Part shown: in pieces, positions 40,361-49,977 of the stretch
Layout: each line of letters starts with the position of its first letter
Position numbering within the stretch: position 1 is the first letter of the stretch
Assembly: GCA_965205505.1 (NCBI GenBank)
Contig: CBDBHB010000007.1
Span: forward strand, 256,001-320,000
Reading direction: 5' to 3'
Source of the DNA: Acidobacteriota bacterium
GTDB taxonomy: Bacteria; Acidobacteriota; UBA890; WLXD01
DNA length: 64,000 nt
Made by a program: the position numbers and the translations under genes
Notes under the pieces: model-generated
What the model was told of the DNA's origin: nothing
The model's database searches: none
The model's input: the letters and a program-made list of their open reading frames with translations, nothing else

Positions 40361-42373
40361 ATGTCCAGGAGTGGGGATCGTGATCTCGGGATGCATCGGG
40401 ATATCAGCCGGCGCGACTTTGTCAATGGCGTGGGGGTTGCGATTGGGGGGTCGCTGATCGCACCTGGCTGGCTGTCGGCGCGCGAGGGCACACCCCATGC
40501 GCCCCTGGCGCAGGAATACTATCCACCGGCCCTGACTGGAATGCGCGGAAGTCACCCCGGTTCGTTCGAGGTCGCCCATGCGCTCCGCGACGGGAACACA
40601 TGGACCGATGTCGCCGACACGCGTGAGAGCTACGATCTGGTGGTGGTCGGAGGGGGGCTGAGCGGGCTCTCGGCAGCCTATTTCTTCCTGACCTCGGCCG
40701 GTCCCGGCGCCCGTGTGCTGGTCCTCGACAACCATGATGACTTCGGTGGCCATGCCACGCGCAACGAGATGACATATCGAGGCCGTACGCTGATGCTCAA
40801 CGGCGGCACCTCGGAGGTCGAGTCCGTGGGCCAATACAGCGCCGTGTCCCAGACGCTGCTCGCAGCGATCGGCATCGACGTGGAAAGTGCGAATGCCACC
40901 AGCACCGCGGGTAGGGGGTTCTACGGGTCGCTGGGACTCGGTAGCGCCACTTTCTTCGCCAAAGAGGTGTTCGGCGAGGATCGGCTGGTGATGGGACGCG
41001 GAGGGGAATCCGGGGGTCGCGGATGGGCCGATTGGCTCGCACAGACCCCGCTGTCTCCGGAGGCGCGGCGGGACATCGCGCGGCTCTACGATGACGGTGC
41101 GAACCCAGACTATATGCCCGGACTGTCGGATGCCGACAAGAAGGAGCGCCTGGCCCGGATCAGTTATCGGGACTTTCTCCTCGACCTCGCCAAGGCTCAC
41201 CCCGATGTGATCGCGTTCTTCGATGACCTCCCGAAGGGCAGGTTCTGCGTGGGCATCGACGGCCATCCGGCGCTCTATGGATGGGTCCTGGGCTATCCCG
41301 GGTTCCAGGGGATGAACCTCGAGCCCTTCCCCCGCGTGAGCCCCCTCAGCCACATCGGGGGCGGACAACACGGTCGTGAGAGCGAGTGGAACACAGGACC
41401 GAACATCCACTTTCCCGACGGCAACGCGACGGTGGCCCGGTTGCTGGTTCGTGCGATGATTCCCGACGCGCTTCCGGGCACCTCGCAGGAAGACTCGATG
41501 ACCTCGCGCCTGGCGTACGACCGCATCGACCGCGCGGGCTCCGACGCCCGAATTCGTCTCAACAGCATGGTGGTCTCCGCCCGGCACCTGGGCGATCCCG
41601 ACGCGGCCCGCGGGGTCGAGATCACGTATGTGCGCGGCGGCAAGGCCGAGAAGGTACGGGCGGATCACTGTGTGATGGGGTGCTACAACGGGGTCATCCC
41701 GCACCTGTGCCCCGAGATGTCCGACGAGCAGAAGGTGGCGCTCAAGTATGGCGTCAAGATGCCCCTCGTCTACACCAACGTCCTCATCCGAAATTGGACG
41801 GCCTTCACGAACCTGGGCATCTCACGGGTGACCGCTCCGGGGATGTACCACAGCGGGGTCAGCCTGGGCCGCTCCGTGCAGTTCGGTGACTACCGACCCT
41901 CCAGATCGCCTGACGACCCAATGATCCTGCACATGACCAGGGCGCCTTGCGCTCCTGGACACCCGAAGAAGGAGCAGCATCGCATCGGGCGAGAGGATCT
42001 GTTGGCCACCACCTTCGAGACCTTCGAGCGCAACATCCGGGACCAACTCGGTCGAACCCTACAGAGTGGGGGTTTCGACCCGGCCCGGGACATCGAAGCG
42101 ATCACAGTGAATCGCTGGCCGCACGGTCCTGCCTATCACTACAACACCCTGGACGATCCGATCGAGTGGGCGCTGTTCGCCCCCGACGATCGGCCGTGCG
42201 TCATCGGCAGGCGGCGATTCGGTCGGATTTCCATCGCCAACTCCGATGCCGCTGCCTCCTCGCACACGGACGCAGCCATCGACGAGGCGCATCGAGCGGT
42301 CCGGGAGCAGCTCCTCGTTCGAAGCCGCGACCGGCGAAGAACCTCCATTACGGACGAGATGCCGTCCCGGTAG
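40361..42373 (+). CDS. FAD-dependent oxidoreductase, spermidine dehydrogenase-like, Tat signal
   Basis: SRRDFVNG, YYPPALTGMRGSHPGSF, VGGGLSGL, LDNHDDFGGHA, TVNRWPHG. Confidence 0.85.
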   Translation: MSRSGDRDLGMHRDISRRDFVNGVGVAIGGSLIAPGWLSAREGTPHAPLAQEYYPPALTGMRGSHPGSFEVAHALRDGNTWTDVADTRESYDLVVVGGGLSGLSAAYFFLTSAGPGARVLVLDNHDDFGGHATRNEMTYRGRTLMLNGGTSEVESVGQYSAVSQTLLAAIGIDVESANATSTAGRGFYGSLGLGSATFFAKEVFGEDRLVMGRGGESGGRGWADWLAQTPLSPEARRDIARLYDDGANPDYMPGLSDADKKERLARISYRDFLLDLAKAHPDVIAFFDDLPKGRFCVGIDGHPALYGWVLGYPGFQGMNLEPFPRVSPLSHIGGGQHGRESEWNTGPNIHFPDGNATVARLLVRAMIPDALPGTSQEDSMTSRLAYDRIDRAGSDARIRLNSMVVSARHLGDPDAARGVEITYVRGGKAEKVRADHCVMGCYNGVIPHLCPEMSDEQKVALKYGVKMPLVYTNVLIRNWTAFTNLGISRVTAPGMYHSGVSLGRSVQFGDYRPSRSPDDPMILHMTRAPCAPGHPKKEQHRIGREDLLATTFETFERNIRDQLGRTLQSGGFDPARDIEAITVNRWPHGPAYHYNTLDDPIEWALFAPDDRPCVIGRRRFGRISIANSDAAASSHTDAAIDEAHRAVREQLLVRSRDRRRTSITDEMPSR

Positions 42374-42653
42374 GACACTGGAAGTGGCTCCCCTCAATGT
42401 GGAGGTGGGCACGGGGCAGGAGGTAGACGGGCCACCGGGGTCAAAGCGCCGGGATGGTCAGGCCTGCCGAGGGATGTGCGGCATTGTCACCATCGTCACA
42501 GCGTCATCCACACGGCCGGCGACGGCGACACTGGCGACGCCGTGGCGCGACGCCTCCGGGCGTAGCGAGGTGCGGCCTTGAGCGGGGAGCACGCCCCATG
42601 ATTCGATTCGACCGCGGCGAACGCTTGAACGGATCGTAGAGGGGGAGTCGAGT

Positions 42654-44339
42654 ATGAAATCCCGAGCGACGATGAAGCATCGGTCGACGGAGCCTACCAA
42701 GCGGAGGTTCCTGGCCGGTGTGCTGATCACTGGTTTCCTTGCGGGGGGCGGCCACCTCGTAGGAGCCAGCCTCGGTGCCCAGGCGAGCCCCGTGACCTCG
42801 GACGCCGTCGCCCCTGCCGGGACCGGAGAACCACCCACGTCATGGCCGCGACCACCCGGCATGCCGACGCGACAGCTCACGGTGCACGGTGATCCGCCCG
42901 ATCCGACGGAGGTGTCGGACGAGCTCAAGCGCGTCTATCGACACATCGACGCCAACTTCGGCACCCACGTGGACCGTCTGCGCGAGTGGATCAAGATCCC
43001 CAGCATTTCGAACCTCGTGGAAGGACAGCCGGGGATCTGGGACTCTGCGCTCTTCCTGCGCGATCTGATCACCGAGGCCCTCGGTTGCCAGGCGGAGATT
43101 CACCATCCCGGCATCGGTGACTGGGGAACACCCGGCAACCCGGTCGTTTACGGGCGCTGCGATGTCGGCGCCGAGAAGACCATCATCGACTACGTGATGG
43201 CCGACGTGATGCCGATCTGGCCCGAGGAAGACTGGCCGGCGCCCCCCTTCGGTGGGCAGATCATCGAGAAGCCACCGTACAAGAGGGTGTTGGTGGGACG
43301 CGGCGCCAGTAACCAGAAGGGCCACGAAATGGCGCAGCTCAACGCGCTGATCTCGATCAAGGCGACGACCGGCACGCTGCCCGTGAACATGATCTTCATC
43401 GTCGACCACGACGAGGAGCGCGCCGAGATCGGTATCCGGTCCTTCATGATGAAGCACCCGGAGCTCTTCGAGGCGGATGCCGTCTTCGGCCTCGGGGCGG
43501 GCCAGGGGTCGAACGGCCAGGGCCGCGTCGGTGGCGCGGCCTCGATCGGCAATCTGGTCTTCGACCTGGAGACCCATCCGCTCGCCGGCCTCAACGCTTC
43601 AGACGGTATGTCACCGGGCGTCGGGCTCTGGCTCCCGGAGCAACCGATGTGGCGGCACATGCAGATGCTGCAGGTCTTTGCCGAAGACTCCGAGCTGCGC
43701 CGGCAGATGGCGGAAGGCGTGATCCAACCGTCTCCCCCGGAGATGGAGTACCTCCGCCGTCGCGCCGAGGCGAGCGGTAGGAGCTTCGAGGAGATCCTCA
43801 GGGTCCGCACCGGCGTTCGGGTGGCTATCATGGGGACCTGGGGTGGCAACATGGTGCCCGGATACGCTGGACATCACCGGCCGCCGGTCGCCGCATCGAA
43901 GATGGACATCCGCTACCCACCGAACGGCGACGGCGAAGTCCTCGCCGAGTTGATCCGCGACTATCTCGACGATCACGGCTATGCGGATGTCAAGATGAAC
44001 GTCATCGGCGATGTTCCCTGGTCGTACGCCAATACGGACACCGAGATCGCCGACGCCATCCGCGCGATGTACCGCCAGTTCGACGTCCCCTTCGATGAAC
44101 CGCCCACGGGAGACTTCCTCGGTACCGCAACGGCGCGGTGGCCGGACTACCTGTTCACGCGCATGCCGTTGCAGTTACCGACCGCCCGCGGCGGCCTCGG
44201 CTACGGAACGGGAGCCCATTTCCATCCGGAGGGCGAGTATTACGTCATCGAGGGGGACGGCGAGCGAGTGTACGGGTTTGCCGGGGCGATGAAGAGTTAC
44301 GCGACGACGCTTTACAACTATGCGGGACTCAACCCTTGA
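42654..44339 (+). CDS. M20/M25/M40 family metallohydrolase, Tat-like signal, atypical ligands
   Basis: KRRFL; GNPVVYG, WPAPPFGG, GRGASNQKG, LPVN, DEE, GAH. Confidence 0.78.
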   Translation: MKSRATMKHRSTEPTKRRFLAGVLITGFLAGGGHLVGASLGAQASPVTSDAVAPAGTGEPPTSWPRPPGMPTRQLTVHGDPPDPTEVSDELKRVYRHIDANFGTHVDRLREWIKIPSISNLVEGQPGIWDSALFLRDLITEALGCQAEIHHPGIGDWGTPGNPVVYGRCDVGAEKTIIDYVMADVMPIWPEEDWPAPPFGGQIIEKPPYKRVLVGRGASNQKGHEMAQLNALISIKATTGTLPVNMIFIVDHDEERAEIGIRSFMMKHPELFEADAVFGLGAGQGSNGQGRVGGAASIGNLVFDLETHPLAGLNASDGMSPGVGLWLPEQPMWRHMQMLQVFAEDSELRRQMAEGVIQPSPPEMEYLRRRAEASGRSFEEILRVRTGVRVAIMGTWGGNMVPGYAGHHRPPVAASKMDIRYPPNGDGEVLAELIRDYLDDHGYADVKMNVIGDVPWSYANTDTEIADAIRAMYRQFDVPFDEPPTGDFLGTATARWPDYLFTRMPLQLPTARGGLGYGTGAHFHPEGEYYVIEGDGERVYGFAGAMKSYATTLYNYAGLNP

Positions 44340-44506
44340 TCTATCGTTGCCCACCTCCTGCTCCTGCGAGTCGAATCAGGTTTCTCGTACGGACAGAGGT
44401 CTTCAGTAGGGACAGGTGTGGAGATGCACCGGCCGCTCGAGTCCACCGGGATGCCGACGCACTTCTATCTCGCCCCTCGCAAGGGCGGGTTCGCCGAGCT
44501 TCGCTG

Positions 44507-44839
44507 TCAGGCGTCGGGCATGATCCTGACCTTGAGCTGCAGCAGCACGAACGCGACGGCCATGCCCTGGATGCCGGTCGCAACGCCGTCGAGCACTGCA
44601 TTCACCCAGACACCGACGACTGGGATGGCGTCCAGACTGTTGGAGAAGACGGGGAGTGCCAAGGCGGCGACGTAGATTGCCGTCCGTTGGTTGACATCAG
44701 GACTCTCGCCCATCACACCTGCAAGCAAACCGAGGATGACGAGGGCGAGTCCCACGTACGGGACCGCGTCGGCAACGGCCGGGATGGTTCCCAAGATCGC
44801 GACGACTACGATCAGGGATATGAGGATACGTTCGGACAT
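44507..44839 (-). CDS. Small membrane protein of unknown function
   Basis: 110-aa hydrophobic ORF with GGAG RBS. Confidence 0.65.
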   Translation of the reverse strand: MSERILISLIVVVAILGTIPAVADAVPYVGLALVILGLLAGVMGESPDVNQRTAIYVAALALPVFSNSLDAIPVVGVWVNAVLDGVATGIQGMAVAFVLLQLKVRIMPDA

Positions 44840-44909
44840 TCTCAGATGCTCCTGTCACTGCGCTTCCGCGACCAACGCGAAAACGTGAGCTTCGAAAGCC
44901 ACCAGCGAG

Positions 44910-45110
44910 CCTAGGGGAGCCGGTGACATGGGTGCAGCTACCAGCGGGAGGTGGGTGAACGCCTGAAGCCTATCGCCAGAGCGCACAAGATCCAACTGGG
45001 AGGGGACCCGTGCAGCATCTCCCTCCCGGACTCCGAGCCACGCAACAATCCGAGTGCACCCGGAGTGTGCGCTCATGAGCGCCTACGCACGCTCACCAGC
45101 GCTCACCCAC
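44910..45110 (-). repeat. Kinase promoter/start-module copy B (degenerate start MSPAPLG)
   Basis: Aligns with 17892-18116, including an intact TTGGAT-N17-TAGGCT. Confidence 0.75.
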
Positions 45111-45119
45111 CTCCAGACC

Positions 45120-47819
45120 CTACTCCGACCGCATCGCCACCAGCGGATCCACCCGCGTGGCCCGCCGTGCCGGCAGATAGCTCGCCACCAGCCCGGTCGC
45201 CGTCAGGATGACCACGATGCCGCCGAACACGACCGGGTCGAGCGGCTGCACGTCGTACAGCACGAACGACAGCAAGCGCCCCAATCCGGCCGCCAGCAGG
45301 AGCCCAATGACGGTTCCCGTCACCAGCTGCCGCAATCCCTGGCGCATCACCAGGCACACCACATCGCCGGGTGCCGCCCCCAGGGCGACGCGAAGGCCTA
45401 CCTCGTGGGTTCGCTGGCTGACCGAGAACGCCAGTACGCCATAGAGCCCGACGGTGGCAAGGAACAGTGCGGCGGCGCCGAAGATGGTGAACATGACGCC
45501 GAAGATGCGCAGAAATTGCTGGGTGTTGTTGATCGCCACCCGGAGCGTCGACACCCCCGAGATCGGCAGATCGGGGTCGATGGCGGTCACCGCTTTGCGC
45601 ACAGCATCGGTCAGCTCCAGCGGATCACCGATGCTACGCACCATCACGCTTGCTGCGGAGGCTGGCCGTTGGGCAAACGGCGTATAGATCGCCTCCACGC
45701 CGAGAATGAAAAGCTGGGCGTCGAGGTACAGATCGGGCACCACCCCGACGATCGTGTACCAGATGTCATCGTCGCGCTCGGTCTGGCCCGTGGTGAGTAC
45801 CCCTCGTATCGACACCCGCCGCTCGATGGCCGACTCGTTTGCAAAGTGTGTCGCGACGAAGGCCTGGTTCACGATTGCCACCGGCATCCCGTCGGCGTTA
45901 TCGGCCATGGTGAACGCACGACCCTCCAGGACGGGCGCTTCGAGGCTCGCGAAGTAGTCGGGGTCGACGGAGCCGATCCGGGCGCTTGGATAGTCACGAT
46001 CGGCCTGATACGTCTGCCCTTCGATCGCATAGCGCCCGTTGTCGAAGCCAACGACCGGAAGGTCGGTGGCGATCGATGCGGCCTCGGCACCTGGAATGGC
46101 GTGCAAGCGACTACCTAGCTCCTCGAAGAACTGCCGCTGCGTGATCGCGTCGGGGTAGCCCGACGGCGGCCGCGCCACCTGCGCTGTAAGCAAGCCATCG
46201 ACCTCGAACGGGTAGTCGATGCTGGACAAGTTGGTGACGCTGCGCACCATCAGCCCGGCCGCCACCAGCAAAGCGCAGCAGAACGCCACCTCCACCACGA
46301 CAAGAGCTCGGCTGAGCCTGCCGATGCGAAGGCTCGATCCACCGCGGGTGACGTCTTTGAGCACATCGCTCAGATCGGCGCCCGACGCCTGCACGGCCGG
46401 CAATAGCCCGGACAATAGGCTGGCGGCACCGGTCAAACCGACGACGAACAGCAGCACATCGGGATCGATGCTGATGTCGAACCAGAAGGGTAGGCTCCCA
46501 GGTAGTGCCGTCAGCGCACGGTTGAACAGGTCGATCCCCAGTTTGCCGAGCCCGATACCTACCAGCGCTCCGAGGCTGGCAATCATCGCCGCTTCCATCA
46601 GCAGCTGACCGAACACGCGTGCCCGGCTCGCACCGAGCGCGCTGCAAACGGCGACCTCCTTGCTGCGTAAGCTGGCGCGCGCCAGCAAGAGGTTGGCGAC
46701 GTTGGCGCAGGCAATGACGAGCACCAGCGCCACCGCACCGAGCATGGTGAAGAGAAATTGCGGTATCTGGTATCCGATGATCTCGCGCACGTACAGGCCG
46801 ATGATCATCGTCATTCCCTCGTTGGTCTCCGGGTACTCCTCGCCGAGACCACCCATGATGCGCTCGAGATCGCCCTGCGCCTGGACCATCGTCACCCCGT
46901 CCGCCAAGCGCCCAACCATCAAGAGGCTGGGGCCGTCGCTGCGCCCGAGGGCGTCGATGTCGACCTGCAGCGGCAGCCAGAGTTGCTGGTTGAACGGGAA
47001 CTCGAATCCCTCGGGCATCACCCCGATCACCGTCGTCTGGGCGCCGTTCACCCGCAACGTGCTGCCCACCACGTCGGACGCCCCGCTCAGCCGGTCCTGC
47101 CAGAATCGGTACCCGACAACCACTACCGGCGGCCCCCCGGGTGCCTCCTCGTCGAGCGAGAACGTTCGCCCGCGCGCCGGGGTTGTTCCCAGCAACGTAA
47201 ACATGTTGGCGGTCACCGAGGCGGCGTTGAGAAACTCCGGGTCTTGCCCCGGCGGACTGACATTGGCTGGCACGCTCTCCATGCCGGCGAGGTACTCGAA
47301 GGTCGTCTGTCTCTCGACCAGGTCGCGATAGTCGTGGATACGTCCGATCAGGCGACTCGGACCCTCAGACAGATTCACGCGGTTGAGCGCCACGACCTCG
47401 TGCGGCTCGTCGAACGGCAACCCCTTGAGCATGACGCCGTTGATGATGCTGAACATCGCGGTGGTCAGGCCGATTCCCAATCCCATGGCAAGGACCGCGA
47501 TCATGGCGAGCCCCGGCTTGTGAACCAGCCGGCGGAAGACGGTACGCAGGTCGGCGACGAGGTTGCTCATGGCGGGTGTTTCCTCGGAGGGGGAAAGGAC
47601 CCGCGACCGGCGAGGCGGTCCATACGTCAACCAGACACGGGGTAGTGCGAAGGCCAGGTCACGAAACAACACGCTCGCCAGTCGGCCGGGGCGGCGGCCG
47701 TCGCGGTACAGCTCGTCACGCCGTGACTGCATGGCGGCCAGCACTTCGTCGCCGTAGCGACGGCGGAAGCGGCGTGGATACAGCGCCAGGAGGATGCCGA
47801 AGAGAAGCGGTGACTGCAT
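45120..47819 (-). CDS. ADOP-type ABC permease
   Basis: LYPRRFRRRYGDE leader; VIACANVANLLLARA, GLYGVLAFSVSQRTHE, RRATRVDPL. Confidence 0.92.
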   Translation of the reverse strand: MQSPLLFGILLALYPRRFRRRYGDEVLAAMQSRRDELYRDGRRPGRLASVLFRDLAFALPRVWLTYGPPRRSRVLSPSEETPAMSNLVADLRTVFRRLVHKPGLAMIAVLAMGLGIGLTTAMFSIINGVMLKGLPFDEPHEVVALNRVNLSEGPSRLIGRIHDYRDLVERQTTFEYLAGMESVPANVSPPGQDPEFLNAASVTANMFTLLGTTPARGRTFSLDEEAPGGPPVVVVGYRFWQDRLSGASDVVGSTLRVNGAQTTVIGVMPEGFEFPFNQQLWLPLQVDIDALGRSDGPSLLMVGRLADGVTMVQAQGDLERIMGGLGEEYPETNEGMTMIIGLYVREIIGYQIPQFLFTMLGAVALVLVIACANVANLLLARASLRSKEVAVCSALGASRARVFGQLLMEAAMIASLGALVGIGLGKLGIDLFNRALTALPGSLPFWFDISIDPDVLLFVVGLTGAASLLSGLLPAVQASGADLSDVLKDVTRGGSSLRIGRLSRALVVVEVAFCCALLVAAGLMVRSVTNLSSIDYPFEVDGLLTAQVARPPSGYPDAITQRQFFEELGSRLHAIPGAEAASIATDLPVVGFDNGRYAIEGQTYQADRDYPSARIGSVDPDYFASLEAPVLEGRAFTMADNADGMPVAIVNQAFVATHFANESAIERRVSIRGVLTTGQTERDDDIWYTIVGVVPDLYLDAQLFILGVEAIYTPFAQRPASAASVMVRSIGDPLELTDAVRKAVTAIDPDLPISGVSTLRVAINNTQQFLRIFGVMFTIFGAAALFLATVGLYGVLAFSVSQRTHEVGLRVALGAAPGDVVCLVMRQGLRQLVTGTVIGLLLAAGLGRLLSFVLYDVQPLDPVVFGGIVVILTATGLVASYLPARRATRVDPLVAMRSE

Positions 47820-47834
47820 CGGCTCGTAGTGTCC

Positions 47835-48173
47835 CTAGAGGACTCGCTTGGCGCGAGCGAAGCTCAGCACCTTGGACAGCGTCTCGGTCTCGCGGCGGAG
47901 CGTGGTGCGGCCGAGATCGGTCAGTCGATAGTAGCGGCGCCGGCCGTGGGCTCTCTCGGCGGGGCGGCGGGATTCCTCGATCAAACCGGCGTCGGCGAGG
48001 CGTCCCAACGACCAGTAAAGCGACCCGGGCCCGAGATCGATGCTGCCCTCGGAGCGCTCGGCCACCTCCTTGGCCATCGCGTAGCCATGACCCTCGCCGT
48101 CGACGAGGGTCAGCAGCAGGAAGAAAAAGGCGGGCGTGATGCGGATTGAGGTCTCAGGGCCGGTGGGGCTCAT
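47835..48173 (-). CDS. PadR family transcriptional regulator
   Basis: HGYAM, GPGSLYWSLGRL, RRRYYRLT. Confidence 0.9.
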   Translation of the reverse strand: MSPTGPETSIRITPAFFFLLLTLVDGEGHGYAMAKEVAERSEGSIDLGPGSLYWSLGRLADAGLIEESRRPAERAHGRRRYYRLTDLGRTTLRRETETLSKVLSFARAKRVL

Positions 48174-48185
48174 GCGGCGCCGCTC

Positions 48186-48215
48186 CTACAGAAACTGTTA
48201 TGTCGGTTTCTGTAG
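48186..48215. promoter_or_regulatory. Perfect 10-bp inverted repeat CTACAGAAAC-N10-GTTTCTGTAG; probable PadR operator
   Basis: Lies 12 bp upstream of the padR start. Confidence 0.6.
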
Positions 48216-48363
48216 TAATGACGGTGGCGATGCGGTTGAGTTTCGAATTTTCCTCTCCACCTGCGACGGGTCCTCAGATCCCCTGCTCCGGACGAGTCGC
48301 TGGCATCGTAACATCGAACGCCAAACCGGGCGCTCGGAAGAAGCCCAAAGCTGGAGAATGGAC

Positions 48364-48843
48364 ATGGGAGATGTCGTCTACCGGTCGGAGATCGCCCTGA
48401 CGCGAAACAGCGGCCCACTGCGAACCGCAACGATGCCCGCCGGCGAGTCGGTGGAGTTCGGCGTGCACGGCGCCATCGCCGAGCACTATGGGGTCTCGAT
48501 GACCAACCTCTCTCCGGTCAGCACGACGCTCGATTACGTCGTCGCCGCAGCCGCCGGCTGAATGACAGGTACCTTCGGCGGTGCGCTGGAGAAGCGAGGT
48601 GTATTGGCGGGTGAAGGTCGACTGCGATCGAGCACCGTCGGCGAGATCGAGTTAGACGGCGGTACGTTGGTGATCCGTCGTATTCACGTGAGGTATCACC
48701 TCAGCGCCGACGCCGACGCCGACGCCGACCGCACCGTGATCGACCGGGTCATGGAAGTGCATCCAGGCGGCTGCCCGGTCTACCGGAGCCTCCACCCGCA
48801 GATCGAGATCACAGCATCGCTCGACCTCGAGACGGCGGACTGA
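48364..48843 (+). CDS. OsmC-like selenoprotein (Sec at TGA 48559-48561)
   Basis: ORFs 48136-48561 and 48562-48843 are in frame: DYVVAAAAG-U-MTGTFGGAL...GCPVYRSL. SECIS-like hairpin at 48573-48591. Confidence 0.85.
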
Positions 48844-48925
48844 CCTTCTAGCAGGGCGCGGTGGTCCCACGATCCGAGCCACAACGCTTGATGCAGGACC
48901 GCCTGTTTGCAGTCGGCACCCGCTG

Positions 48926-49909
48926 TCAGAGCCAGCCGTGCTGCCGATACCAGTCCGCAGTGTCTTCGAACCCATGAGCCGCGTCGATTCGCGCCACGTG
49001 ACCCACGGCGCGCTCGATCTTCGCCACCTCGCAGACAAGTCCGGGAGCACCGAGCTCGCGCAGGCGATCGCGGTTTAGCAGCGCCGGCCGTCCGGTGAGT
49101 CGGCCACTGAGCTCACCGGCCTCGGCGAGGGCGTACAACAGCCACCGTGGCACCGGAACCACGCGTACACGACGGTCGTAGGCCTCCGAGAGCAACCGGG
49201 CGAAGTCGACTTGCCGGACCGGCTCCGAGTGACCGACGAAGAAAGTCTCGCCCATGACGACGTCGTTCTCGGCGGCCCCCGTCTCGCCTACCGCCCGCAG
49301 ACCAGCGACGAGGTCGGCGACGTGGATCAGCGTGTAGGCTCTCTCCGCATCGCCGAGCACTGGACACAGGCCGCGCTTGCCGCCGCGGAACAGAGCGAGG
49401 AAGTCGCGGTCTCGTGGACCATAAACGCCCGGCGGTCGGATAATCGCATGTCGCAAGCCTTCGATCTTCTGCACCGCAAGCTCGCCGGCGCGCTTGCTCT
49501 TTCCGTACATGCTCAGCGGCGCGGGCTCGTGTTTCTCAGTGCGCGGCTGCTCGGGGGTGCCTGCGCCGGCGGCGGCCTGACTGGACACGAGCACGAAGAA
49601 AGCACCGGCGCGGCGCGCCGCGAGCGCCGCCTGGCGGGCGCCCTCGTCGTTGACTCGAGCGAACGACACGTAGTCGATGGCGCGCGTCAGCCCGGCCAGG
49701 TGGTAGACAATCGCGGCGCCCTCACAGGCAGCTGTCATGGCGCCCTGGTCGAGCTCGCAATCGACTCGCTGTACGCGGTCCGGAAGGGCGTTGGGACTCG
49801 ACGGGCGCACCACGGCGCGCACTTCCCAACCGGAGTCACGCAGGCTCTCGCCCAGGTTCCACCCGATGAACCCGGTGCCGCCGGTTATGACAGCGATGCT
49901 AGCAGGCAT
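48926..49909 (-). CDS. NAD-dependent epimerase/dehydratase (ceramide reductase CerR-like)
   Basis: ITGGTGFIG, YGKSK, RPPGVYGPRD; context with spt and bcerS-like genes. Confidence 0.8.
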   Translation of the reverse strand: MPASIAVITGGTGFIGWNLGESLRDSGWEVRAVVRPSSPNALPDRVQRVDCELDQGAMTAACEGAAIVYHLAGLTRAIDYVSFARVNDEGARQAALAARRAGAFFVLVSSQAAAGAGTPEQPRTEKHEPAPLSMYGKSKRAGELAVQKIEGLRHAIIRPPGVYGPRDRDFLALFRGGKRGLCPVLGDAERAYTLIHVADLVAGLRAVGETGAAENDVVMGETFFVGHSEPVRQVDFARLLSEAYDRRVRVVPVPRWLLYALAEAGELSGRLTGRPALLNRDRLRELGAPGLVCEVAKIERAVGHVARIDAAHGFEDTADWYRQHGWL

Positions 49910-49977
49910 CAGATTCCTCGACGGGTGCGGCAAGAGCGCCGCCCAGAATCAACGTAACAACCAGCAGGTGGCCGAAC

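Noticed and set aside
9357-45110. Kinase-start repeats as integron attC sites or CRISPR repeats
   Set aside because: No attC R/L box palindrome, no regular spacing, and no intI or cas genes in the window.
48706-48729. (GCCGAC)x4 microsatellite in the OsmC-like gene
   Set aside because: An in-frame hexamer encoding ADADADAD cannot cause phase variation.
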